Source: an uncultured Rhodospirillaceae bacterium
GTDB taxonomy: Bacteria > Pseudomonadota > Alphaproteobacteria > Rhodospirillales > UBA2165
Direction: 5' to 3'
DNA: 64,000 nt
Assembly (NCBI GenBank): GCA_913020445.1
Contig: CAJWAR010000013.1
Location: forward strand, 13,226-77,225
The position numbers and the translations under genes are program-made. Of the stretch, positions 19,301 through 27,005 are shown in pieces. The first letter of the stretch is position 1. Each line of letters opens with the position of its first letter. The notes under the pieces were generated by a model, which searched no databases, was not told the origin of the DNA, and saw only the letters and a program-made list of their open reading frames with translations.

Positions 19301-22300
19301 GATCTGATGTTCTCCGTTGAATATGAAGGAACACCGATCCCTGCTGAGGATGTCTTTACCTACACGGTGAGCGATGGCGAATTCACCGATACGGCTAATC
19401 TGACGCTTACGGTTGAACATGACAATGACGCGCCGGTCGCAATTAACGATTCCGGTTCGACCGATGAAGATTCCTCGGTGATTGTGGATGTCTTGGCGAA
19501 TGACACGGATGCCGATGACAATGACGTGCTGACGGTGACGGATGTCAGCCTGCCGGCTGGCGTTGACGGCACCGTGGAAATCGTTGAAATCGACGGTGTC
19601 ACGCAAGTGAAATTTACGCCAGGTGACAGTTTCGATGCTCTAAATACAGGTGACACGGATCAGGTTGAAATCACTTACACTGTTTCTGATAGCGAAGGCT
19701 TAACCGATACAGCTGTTGCGACGGTTACAATCACCGGCACCAATGATGGCCCGGTAGCAGAAGCAGTTATCGGCAGTGCCGGCGAAGATGATTTGTCTAT
19801 GACGGTCGATATTGCCGATCAGATCAGCGATCTCGATCACACTGACGCTGAATTGGCCATTTCAATCAATTTTGATGACGATGATGATAGCGATGTTGAT
19901 GTCGATTGGGATGTTAGCATCGTCGGTACAGAAGTTACTTTTACCCCGCCGGAAGACGCGTTTCAGTATTTAAATGAGGGCGAAACGGCGACCGATACCT
20001 TCACCTATACGGTTACTGATCCGGAAGGTGCTTCGGCCACCAATACCGTGACTTTGACAATTACCGGCTCTAATGACGTGCCGACAATTACCGGTGATAC
20101 CACTGGCGCAGCGACGGAAGATAGCGTTCTGACCGTGGATGGCCAGCTAAACATCGTTGATCCGGATACCGGTCAATCTCAGTTTGATGCGGTGTCTGAT
20201 GAAGTCGGGTCTTACGGTTCATTCTCAATGGATGCCAATGGCAACTGGACCTACGATTTAGATAATAACGCAGATATAGTTCAATCTTTGCCGGCTGGCG
20301 AGATCGTGACCGAGACTTTCACCGTGACCTCTGTCGATGGCACGGCTTCGGAAACAGTCACAGTGACCATTACCGGCACCAATGATGTGCCGAACATTAC
20401 CGGCGATTCCACTGGCGCAGTGACGGAAGACAGCGTTCTGTCAGTAGTTGGCCAGCTGAATATCATTGATCAAGATACTGGTGAATCTCAGTTTGATGCG
20501 GTTTCCGGTGAGGTCGGTTCATACGGATCATTCTCGATGGATGCGGCTGGCAATTGGACCTACGATTTAGACAATAATGCCGATGCGGTACAAGCTTTGC
20601 CGGCTGGCGAAGTCGTGACCGAGACATTCACCGTAACCTCTGTCGATGGCACTGCTTCGGAAACCGTTACCGTGACAATTACCGGCACCAATGACGTGCC
20701 GGTAATTACCGGTGATTCCACCGGCGCAGTGACGGAAGATAGCGTTCTGACCGTCGATGGCCAGCTGAATATTGTTGATCCGGATACCGGTGAATCTCTG
20801 TTTGATGCGGTTTCCGGTGATGCCGGTACATACGGTTCTTTCTCGATGGATGCGGCTGGCAATTGGACCTACGATTTAGACAATGATGCTGAAGCTGTCC
20901 AGGCTTTGGGTGTTGGCGACAGTGTAACCGAGACTTTTTGGGTGACCTCGGTTGATGGTACGGCGACGGAAGCTGTTTCAATTACCATCAATGGCACCAA
21001 TGACGCGCCAGAAGTATCGGGTGTTTTGGTGTACACCATGAATGAAGATGGTTCCTTGACCATCACCGAAGATCAATTGCTGTCCAATGCCAGCGATGTT
21101 GAAGGTGATAGTCTGAGCATCTCTAATCTGCAGACCGCTGCAGAAAATGGCACTATCACGGATAATGGCGATGGCACGTGGACTTATAATCCACCTGCGG
21201 ATTTCAATGGTCCGATCGCGTTTTCTTATGATATCAGTGATGGCACGGATACTGTGACTGCCGGAGCAATTGTTGATATTCATGCCGTTAATGATGCGCC
21301 GGATGCGGTTGACGATGTATTGGCGAGTGTTGCCGAAGATACATCCTTTACCTTCACGGCAGATGATTTACTCGGCAATGACACCGATGTTGATGGTGAT
21401 ACGCTCAGTATTATGGATATTGGTCAGCCTGATCATGGTTCCATTACCGACGATGGCAACGGCAATTACACTTATACACCGGAAGACAACTATAATGGCC
21501 CGGTCAGCTTTACCTATACTGCAACCGATGGCACCAGTGGTCATTCCTTTGTCAGCAATGACAGCCTCGCGACGGCCCAGGATATTGGCCGCGATAGTTT
21601 CGGCGTTGGTGAAGATGCGCTGGTTGATGATGACAGTCTGCCGCGTGTTCGGATTGAAGGGGCCGTTGACGAACCTGGCGATGTCGATTATTTCTCGTTT
21701 ACGCTACAGGACGGAGAGCAACTGCACCTCAATATAGATTCGGAAAATCAAAGTGACTCCGTTGACGCCTTAATCTTAATCTATGATGAAGCAGGCAATA
21801 TCGTCGCCTCCGTGGACGACTCTTTCGGCTCGATGGATCCATTTGGTACCTTTACGCCAACCGAAGGCGGCACCTATACGGTCGCCGTTCAGGCTTTCCC
21901 TTGGCAAAATGTTGAAGGTGCCACGGAAGAACAACTTGCTCTGGCCAGCGGCGATTATGTGCTAAATGCCAGTGTTGTGCCAACCGAGGACTCCACCGGT
22001 TTCGGTGACGCGCCGGCGACGATTTCCGATGTTGATACGGCAACTGATTCTGCATCTGTTACGTTTGATGTGGACTCAGTTAATGATGGCCCGGAAGCCG
22101 AAGCAGTTGTCGGCAGCGCTGGCGAAGATGATTTGTCTGTAACAGTGAATGTCGCTGATGAAGTAAGCGATGTTGACCATACTGATTCAGAACTTGTTAT
22201 CGCGGCAAATATGGGATCGACCGGCTGGACTGCAAACGTTGATGGCATGGATATCACGTTCACACCTCCAGAAGGCGCGTATAATCATTTAGCAGACGGC

Positions 22301-25300
22301 GAAACGGCCGTAGAAACATTTACCTATACGGTTACTGATCCCGACGGTCTGGAATCAACCAATACAGTTGTTATGACCATCAATGGCGCCAATGACGGCT
22401 TCACAGTTGACGGTAGCGTTGCGGCTGGCACCTTGGAAGATGATGGCGTTGCCTTCAATATTTTTGATGCCATTACGATCACCGATCCTGATGCTACTGA
22501 CACCCACTCAATTAACGGCTACACGCAACCGCAAAATGGTACGGTAACAGTCTCTGCTTTGGGTGCAGTTGTGTTCTCCCCAAATATCGATCCAACAACC
22601 GGCGAATCCGTTTTTAATACGATGGGTGTTGGTGATACGGCGACCGAAACCTTCACCTACACAGTGGATGACGGCAGTGGTGGAACGTCGATTGAAACCG
22701 CAACGATCACCATCACCGGCACCAACGATGCGCCGGTCGTAACAACAGCAATTCAAGACGGCACCACCAGTGAAGATCAAGCCTACAGTTATGATGCTTC
22801 GGCTAATTTCGCCGATGTTGATAATGGCGACTCGTTGATTTATTCCGCGACATTGGATGATGGTTCTGCGCTGCCGGATTGGATTTCAATTGATCCTGTA
22901 ACCGGTGAAATTTCCGGCGTGCCGGATAATGATGATGTTGGTTCGTTGAATATCAAAGTAGTTGCTACCGATGAGTCCGGTTGGGCGGCCGATGACACCT
23001 ATCAACTTGATGTCATCAACACCAATGACGGCCCAGTTGCGGTTAATGATATCGGCACCGTGGATGAAGATGCTTCAGTGACGCTGGATGTTCTGGCGAA
23101 TGACACCGATGTAGATGGTATCGCGCTGTCGGTAACAGATGTGAGCCTGCCGGAAGGCGTCGATGGCACGGTTGAAATCGTTGAAGTTGATGGTGTGACC
23201 CAGGTTAAATTTACCCCGGGTGAGACCTATAACAGCTTGGCGGTTAATGAATCCGAAGACGTTATCATTTCTTATACGATTTCCGACGGCGCTGGCGGTA
23301 GCGATTCAGCGATCGCTACTGTGACAGTTACCGGTTCCAATGATGGCTTTACTGTTATTGGCGATGCTGCCGACGATATGTTGGAAGACGAGCTGTCGAC
23401 GACGTTTAACGTTTTCGATGACATCACCGTAAGCGATGGTGATGCGTCCGATACTCACAGCATCACCACCTATTCTCAACCTGACAATGGTACGGTTGAA
23501 GTGCTGACTGACGGTACCGTGACGTATACGCCACCGGCCGGCCACTTTAATAGCCTGGCCGAAGGTGAAACGGCAATTGAGTCCTTCACCTATACGATCG
23601 TTGACGGTAATGGCGCTGAGTCCCTGGAGACCGCGACAGTTACCATCACCGGTACCAATGACGGCCCGGTTGCAATCGGTGGATCGGAATCCGACCTTTT
23701 AGAAGATATAGCATTCGCCGGTCAATTGGCGGCGACAGATGTTGATGGTGATACTTTGACCTTCTCCTTGGCCGATAATGGTGGCCCCGCCCATGGCTCC
23801 ATCACGATTGGTGAAGACGGCAGCTACTCTTACCAACCTGATCTGAATTACAGTGGCACCGACAGCTTTACTTTCGAGGTCAGCGATGGCCACGGTGGTA
23901 CAGATACCGCAACAGTTACGCTTTCTGTCACCGGTGTTGCCGATGATCCGATCGTTGTTGTCAGCAATGAAACTGGCAATGAGGATCAGTGGACCCAGCT
24001 AAATCTGGATGCGGATCTAACTGACACGGATGGTTCTGAAACTCTCAGCGTATTGATCTCAAACGTACCGGACGGTGCTTTGTTGAACCCGGGTACTAAT
24101 TTGGGTGGCGGCGAATGGACAGTTTCTCCGGAACAGCTGCATCTGGTTTGCATCCTGCCGCCGGAAAACTTTAACGGCGACATCAATCTAACCTTGGCGG
24201 CGACATCGACTGAAGCCGATGGCGACATTGCGACAGTTGAGCAAAACTTCACGGTAACAGTTGATCCGGTCAATGACGCGGCGACAATTACCGGTGATGA
24301 TACAGGTTCCGTCACCGAAGACAGTATTTTAGCAGTATCTGGTGATTTGGATGTAACCGATCCGGATACCGGCGAAAGCATCTTTGATGCCGCAAATGCA
24401 GTTGGCGATTACGGCTCCTTCACGATGGATGTGAACGGTAACTGGACCTATAACCTCGATAACGACAATGCCGATGTTCAGGCCTTGGGTGTTGGTGAAA
24501 GTATGTCTGAGACCTTTACGGTGTCGTCGGTTGACGGAACCGCGAGTGAAACGGTTACCGTTACGATCAATGGTACCAATGACGGCCCGGTTGCGGTTGA
24601 TGACAGCAATACTGTTGATGATACCGCCGATTCAGTTATTGGCTCGGTGACGGCCAATGACAGCGATGTCGATGGTGATACGTTGAATGTGACCGAAGTA
24701 GAGTTCAATGGCACGACCCATAGTTTCCCGGAAGGGGAAGACAGTCTTACCATCGTCGGTGATCACGGTACCTTGGTGATGAATTCCGATGGCAGCTATG
24801 AATATACCCGAAGCGGCGAAGGTGGTGGTACGGCCAGCGAAATTGTCGAAGCCGGCGGCTATGGTTCCAGTGAAGCTGACTGGACGAGTGCCGGGGTTTC
24901 CATTTCGGCCTTTGATTTCGGCACGTCCTATACCGATGGTAATGGCGACTTCGATGCCTCCTTGGCTGACGACAGTGTTGTCGTTACCAGTCAAGGTCTG
25001 GGCGTAGAAGGCACGCAAGGGGGTGCGCAAGCATCCACGCAAATCGAGTATGATCCGAATTCTGGTGATTCCGAAGCGCTAGCTCTGACCTTTGATACCA
25101 GTGTCTCAAGTGCGGATGTGACTGTTGCCCGCCTCTATCACGGCGAAGGCTCCGACGGTGAGCAGGGCATGTGGCAAGCCTATGATGCCGACGGTAATTT
25201 GGTCGGCAGCGGCGAAATTGATGATGAAACGGTTGCTTATGATGGCAGCAGCAATGTCGGCACCCTGAACATTGATCTTGGTGGCACGGCTTTCCAGACC

Positions 25301-26944
25301 GTGGTCTTCACGGCGACCCAAATGTCAGGCAGCCAAAGTGACTTTAAAGTCCAAGGCGTTGAATATGAAACAGTTGGAACCTTGGTCGGTGACGGCGGTG
25401 AAGACGTCTTCACTTATACGGTCGCCGATGATCAAGGAGCTACAGATACCGCTGCTTTGACCATCACCGTTGATGGTGATGATGATCCCGCTGATGCGCC
25501 TGTACTGACGATCTCGGCAACCTTGGTTGAAGCAATTCCAACCGAAACGCTATTTACCAGTACGTTTGATGACGGCGCTGCTGATGGCTTCTCCTATGTT
25601 GATGACGCTTTCCGCGACACCGATGAAGGCGATTACGCCAAAGGCCAGATTAAAGATGGTGGACATCACGATGACGATGGGCGCTTACGGGTCGAGCTTG
25701 GGGGTAAAGATGATGACGATATTACCGACATGTCTGGCGGGTTTGAGCAAAGCTTTACCGTTGATGAAGATGGTGCGGGCTCCATTACGTTCACTTATAA
25801 AATCGATATGGACAGCCATTATGAAGATGACGAATACGCCGAAGTATTGGTCAGCATTGATGGCGAACTTGTCAATATTGCCGGTAATGACTATGTCACG
25901 CGTGTCTCCGGTGGTGATGATATCGGTTGGACGACAGTAACCATCGACCTTGGAGATTTGGATGCCGGTGATCATACTGTTATGATTGGTGGCTATAACA
26001 ATAAGAAGACCTATCACAACGAGAAAACCAAAATCGATTTTGATGATGTTTCTTTGAATGTCGGATCAAGCGATCCGGGCAGCACCTTTGAAGTCGATAT
26101 TACCGCAGCATTGACGGATGATACAGAAACCTTGTCAGCGGTCACGATTGACGAGCTGCCGGAAGGTGTCGCGTTTGTCGGCATTGACCAAAATGACGAT
26201 GGCACATGGACGCTGACAGCGGATGATCTTGTTGATTTGACCATGACGGTGCCGCCGGGTACCGATGATTTTGATATTAGCGCGTCGGTTACCTCGACGG
26301 AAGACAATGGAAATTTTGCCACGACAACGACCTCTATCACTGTTGATGTCCCGGTAATTGATGCCGAGGACCATGATCGTATGGGCAGCTCATCTGACGA
26401 TACCATTGTCGGCATGGATCGCGACGACGATGCCGATGCTGATGCCGGAGGTGATGATATCCTCTACGGCGGCGCCGGTGATGATACCATCGACGGCCAA
26501 GGCGGCGATGATGTGATATTCGGCGGCTCCGGTGTTGACTATATTGATGGCGGTGATGGCGGCGACGTTATCTACGGCGGCAGCGACGACGATGTTATTA
26601 TCGGTGGTGAAGGCAACGACCAGCTTTATGGTGGCTCCGGCGATGATGAATTTATCTTCAGCCTCGGCGATGGCGAAGACACTGTCTTCGATTTTGATAA
26701 TGGCGACGTTCTGACCTTCGAAGGCATCGATCTCAATGACGGCGATGCTGTCGAGTTCGATACCGATGGCGATGATGTTGTTGTCACGGTTATCGGCAGC
26801 AACAATGAGCAGTCTAAAGTGACGTTGAAGGATGCTGCCAAAGACATGGATGATGATGAACGCCAAAATGTCGGAGATGGCTACTCTGTTACCGATACCG
26901 GTGACGGCTCCATCAATATCATTGTCGATACTCCCGGCGGCTAA
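13322..26944 (+). CDS. Giant (4540 aa) RTX-type, T1SS-secreted repetitive adhesin (LapA/BapA class)
   Basis: Single uninterrupted 13,623-nt ORF with GAGGGGG upstream of the ATG. Layout, N- to C-terminal: an N-terminal region with a FecR-like beta-rich segment (GQVESVSGTVTAIRADGT...TIGIRGTQVGI); a polyacidic linker with TAAG; poly-Ala/Glu; five 'GDEDTAI...ITPP.DD..DF.L.V.AT' domains; many VNDAP/TNDGP cadherin/VCBS-like units; a DUF4114-like segment (GFEDLYGGGDEDYNDLMFSVEY); a PPC-like segment (DVDYFSFTL...GTYTVAVQAF); a dystroglycan-type cadherin-like segment; and C-terminal GGxGxD nonapeptides with a T1SS-type tail. Confidence 0.93.
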   Translation: MADETLTGAGGRDNLNIGADGEDNAPESFLVEANSSDAVTLPDGFNFGDAKFEPSGPDLVLTSPDGKQVVIQDYYEQDPPPDLHTPVGGELAGSTAVRLAQTNAPTQGQFAQAAPSADAQPIGQVESVSGTVTAIRADGTRVELQVGDPVFQGDVMESGANGAVGVVLADETTFSMAENGRMVLDEMVYDPGTQEGNISMSVLKGVFTFVSGQVAKVDPDAMVLKTPVATIGIRGTQVGIDLSGEDPNGMKVVLMEESDGFVGEVVIANNAGIQILNLPDQGASVASSNTAPSEPRVYNRAEISESFRSALESLPTTVGTGNNYGADDQEKEEEEQEEQEEQEEEEGGEEQAEGEESGEDELAEGEEGEGEGEEDLDDFETAAGEGEEEITDEEAAAAAAAAQAAAEAAAAEAAAAEAAAEAAAAAEAAAEAAAQAAADAAAQAAAEAAARAAAAAAAAEAARLKAIQDAIDAENAVADTATVSIEAAAGDEDGEIALAISAGISGSSTDEVQSINITNIPDGSTLTYQDASGADQTISISDGRATLSPAQLSGLSITPPLDESADFALSVSATSVDPDSGVTATSGSVGLGVTVDATVEPPVVATNISIGDEDTAIPVDISIANVEADGTVTSVTISGIPEGSVLMSGGEAHSLTGPDANGFYTAEIRPDQVDGLTITPPQDDAHDFSLSITATATDIDPDIIAEHAALEVAATDARDAADAARTAATEAQTAADDAATVSEDAATALQEAIDNDAPQEEIDDLQAAADAAAETATDLQTAADTADEQATALETAADEAESDAAALAPAAAAATVVAAAEAAQVAADEAAQAAETAASELTVAIQDATDASIAASDAALASAAADVALAEAIENEADEEEIAELQLAADAAAEAALEAAATAQAAADAVIDAQANSESTATAATNAQAVADLAAADAVIAVIEADEAEVDGLVTNTSKPMALAVTVDATVDAPVVTPTAASGDEDTAIDIDFTATVDTEGIADGELTSVEISGIPVGSVLTADGTSMTITNGSVTLNPDQLANVQITPPEDDANDFTVQVRATATDIDPDLLIASEDADAALAAAITAEADATTAATAAADAATAAADAATAAADAAAEAATIAADAATALQEAIDNDAPQEEIDALQIAADDAEATAAELQTTAETAAQASTDAADAETAANQALTDAQTTLSEATTAAADAADAVTNGYITNTSDPVDLDVTVSAVADVPDVTVTAATGDEDAAIPLDISATGDFPDDTLESFTISDIPAGSVLMSGDTEITLTGPDSETGFYSAVLSPDQVTGLTITPPADDANDFALQVSATTSDTDPDTKDQVFATSAPIALAVSVAATVDAPDVGVTAAVGDEDTAIDIDFTASVEATDGDLLSVAISDIPVGSVVTVDGTEMTITNGTVTLTPDQLANVQVTPPLDDADEFTLQVSATATDTDPDTRIVVTNTSDPINLDVTVNATGDVSVDVRDNIIDEDSGPMVLDLTATISDMDGSETLAEVVITFDEVPEGLVVTGGTLVGNVLTIPAANVDSVTIETPENWYGVLVGSAIAYSNEGESLSDGFTITINAVDDAPEVTINTGASIGEGELATVTAQMLDTTDVDTSDDNLTYTVSDSGTGTVLVDGVVATTFTQAQLNAGLVSYQHDGTENEATSFTFTVTDGTTIVGPETFNFVVSDGNIAPVATDDVDTVGDDIGDITSGDVLTNDFDLDGDVLSVTQVEFEGTVYTFPEGETSLTIEGDIGTLTMNSDGTYDFVNNEGINEGTGEFEWAEGTPDWVDPSEQQELDPVQVNQENLTMPEGGESVTVTFQGEAAGYHNVVGFYKIDADGNPYEPQIAWDDASQQGSGGDLIPGESQFTIDDLGPGESFGFFIIKNGANEYPWIDDVPDNHYFEFSADGELIEYNEAGNPVGQSEGDGDDDDNEGHNIDVDDIFHAVDNNLTDSLLNTDNITHTNSGIDPETGDLMIGFEDLYGGGDEDYNDLMFSVEYEGTPIPAEDVFTYTVSDGEFTDTANLTLTVEHDNDAPVAINDSGSTDEDSSVIVDVLANDTDADDNDVLTVTDVSLPAGVDGTVEIVEIDGVTQVKFTPGDSFDALNTGDTDQVEITYTVSDSEGLTDTAVATVTITGTNDGPVAEAVIGSAGEDDLSMTVDIADQISDLDHTDAELAISINFDDDDDSDVDVDWDVSIVGTEVTFTPPEDAFQYLNEGETATDTFTYTVTDPEGASATNTVTLTITGSNDVPTITGDTTGAATEDSVLTVDGQLNIVDPDTGQSQFDAVSDEVGSYGSFSMDANGNWTYDLDNNADIVQSLPAGEIVTETFTVTSVDGTASETVTVTITGTNDVPNITGDSTGAVTEDSVLSVVGQLNIIDQDTGESQFDAVSGEVGSYGSFSMDAAGNWTYDLDNNADAVQALPAGEVVTETFTVTSVDGTASETVTVTITGTNDVPVITGDSTGAVTEDSVLTVDGQLNIVDPDTGESLFDAVSGDAGTYGSFSMDAAGNWTYDLDNDAEAVQALGVGDSVTETFWVTSVDGTATEAVSITINGTNDAPEVSGVLVYTMNEDGSLTITEDQLLSNASDVEGDSLSISNLQTAAENGTITDNGDGTWTYNPPADFNGPIAFSYDISDGTDTVTAGAIVDIHAVNDAPDAVDDVLASVAEDTSFTFTADDLLGNDTDVDGDTLSIMDIGQPDHGSITDDGNGNYTYTPEDNYNGPVSFTYTATDGTSGHSFVSNDSLATAQDIGRDSFGVGEDALVDDDSLPRVRIEGAVDEPGDVDYFSFTLQDGEQLHLNIDSENQSDSVDALILIYDEAGNIVASVDDSFGSMDPFGTFTPTEGGTYTVAVQAFPWQNVEGATEEQLALASGDYVLNASVVPTEDSTGFGDAPATISDVDTATDSASVTFDVDSVNDGPEAEAVVGSAGEDDLSVTVNVADEVSDVDHTDSELVIAANMGSTGWTANVDGMDITFTPPEGAYNHLADGETAVETFTYTVTDPDGLESTNTVVMTINGANDGFTVDGSVAAGTLEDDGVAFNIFDAITITDPDATDTHSINGYTQPQNGTVTVSALGAVVFSPNIDPTTGESVFNTMGVGDTATETFTYTVDDGSGGTSIETATITITGTNDAPVVTTAIQDGTTSEDQAYSYDASANFADVDNGDSLIYSATLDDGSALPDWISIDPVTGEISGVPDNDDVGSLNIKVVATDESGWAADDTYQLDVINTNDGPVAVNDIGTVDEDASVTLDVLANDTDVDGIALSVTDVSLPEGVDGTVEIVEVDGVTQVKFTPGETYNSLAVNESEDVIISYTISDGAGGSDSAIATVTVTGSNDGFTVIGDAADDMLEDELSTTFNVFDDITVSDGDASDTHSITTYSQPDNGTVEVLTDGTVTYTPPAGHFNSLAEGETAIESFTYTIVDGNGAESLETATVTITGTNDGPVAIGGSESDLLEDIAFAGQLAATDVDGDTLTFSLADNGGPAHGSITIGEDGSYSYQPDLNYSGTDSFTFEVSDGHGGTDTATVTLSVTGVADDPIVVVSNETGNEDQWTQLNLDADLTDTDGSETLSVLISNVPDGALLNPGTNLGGGEWTVSPEQLHLVCILPPENFNGDINLTLAATSTEADGDIATVEQNFTVTVDPVNDAATITGDDTGSVTEDSILAVSGDLDVTDPDTGESIFDAANAVGDYGSFTMDVNGNWTYNLDNDNADVQALGVGESMSETFTVSSVDGTASETVTVTINGTNDGPVAVDDSNTVDDTADSVIGSVTANDSDVDGDTLNVTEVEFNGTTHSFPEGEDSLTIVGDHGTLVMNSDGSYEYTRSGEGGGTASEIVEAGGYGSSEADWTSAGVSISAFDFGTSYTDGNGDFDASLADDSVVVTSQGLGVEGTQGGAQASTQIEYDPNSGDSEALALTFDTSVSSADVTVARLYHGEGSDGEQGMWQAYDADGNLVGSGEIDDETVAYDGSSNVGTLNIDLGGTAFQTVVFTATQMSGSQSDFKVQGVEYETVGTLVGDGGEDVFTYTVADDQGATDTAALTITVDGDDDPADAPVLTISATLVEAIPTETLFTSTFDDGAADGFSYVDDAFRDTDEGDYAKGQIKDGGHHDDDGRLRVELGGKDDDDITDMSGGFEQSFTVDEDGAGSITFTYKIDMDSHYEDDEYAEVLVSIDGELVNIAGNDYVTRVSGGDDIGWTTVTIDLGDLDAGDHTVMIGGYNNKKTYHNEKTKIDFDDVSLNVGSSDPGSTFEVDITAALTDDTETLSAVTIDELPEGVAFVGIDQNDDGTWTLTADDLVDLTMTVPPGTDDFDISASVTSTEDNGNFATTTTSITVDVPVIDAEDHDRMGSSSDDTIVGMDRDDDADADAGGDDILYGGAGDDTIDGQGGDDVIFGGSGVDYIDGGDGGDVIYGGSDDDVIIGGEGNDQLYGGSGDDEFIFSLGDGEDTVFDFDNGDVLTFEGIDLNDGDAVEFDTDGDDVVVTVIGSNNEQSKVTLKDAAKDMDDDERQNVGDGYSVTDTGDGSINIIVDTPGG
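14300..14503 (+). repeat. Polyacidic low-complexity linker containing the TAAG motif (14462..14473)
   Basis: In aa 327-394, 41 of 68 residues are D/E by my count. The stretch includes (GAAGAACAG)x3. T381-A382-A383-G384 is encoded by ACC GCT GCC GGC. Confidence 0.9.
14504..14749 (+). repeat. Poly-Ala/Glu (AAAE-type) low-complexity tract of about 80 aa
   Basis: AAAAAAAAQAAAEAAAAEAAAAEAAAE...AAARAAAAAAAAEAARLKAIQDAIDAENA, encoded by GCN/GAA-rich DNA. Confidence 0.9.
15431..16175 (+). repeat. Ala/Asp/Glu/Thr-rich helical insertion 1 in the adhesin
   Basis: About 248 aa between '...ATATDIDPD' and 'VTNTSKPMALAVTV'. Contains ALQEAIDNDAPQEEIDDLQAAADAAAE and the variant LAEAIENEADEEEIAELQLAADAAAE. 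Confidence 0.8.
16535..16950 (+). repeat. Ala-rich helical insertion 2 in the adhesin
   Basis: About 138 aa between '...ATATDIDPD' and 'ITNTSDPVDLDVTV'. Repeats ALQEAIDNDAPQEEIDALQIAADDAE, and the DNA is near-identical to 15570..15620. Confidence 0.8.
20072..20998 (+). repeat. Three tandem 309-bp (103-aa) VCBS/cadherin-like units
   Basis: The NDVP anchors at 20072, 20381, 20690 and 20999 are exactly 309 bp apart. Units 1 and 2 differ at 13 of 103 residues by my count. A diverged fourth copy lies at about 24280-24590. Confidence 0.9.
26452..26655 (+). repeat. RTX Ca2+-binding nonapeptide repeats (GGxGxDxxx)
   Basis: LYGGAGDDTIDGQGGDDVIFGGSGVDYIDGGDGGDVIYGGSDDDVIIGGEGNDQLYGGSGDDEFIF. Confidence 0.92.
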
Positions 26945-26972
26945 TCTATAGAAATTAAAATATGCGAGGTTT

Positions 26973-27005
26973 AAAAAGGGCTGCCCATAGCGGGTGGCCC
27001 TTTTT
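26973..27005. terminator. Bidirectional hairpin terminator between convergent genes
   Basis: AAAAAGGGC-15 nt-GCCCTTTTT, with A-run and T-run flanks. The right arm overlaps the TAA of the minus-strand gene. Confidence 0.6.

Noticed and set aside
13645-26866. Dozens of 60-170-aa ORFs on both strands inside the giant adhesin gene, including Ala-, Ser- and Arg-rich ones at 14184..16894.
   Set aside because: They are by-products of the repetitive, GC-skewed coding sequence (GCN/GAN codons read in other frames). The 13.6-kb frame is uninterrupted and has coherent domain content.
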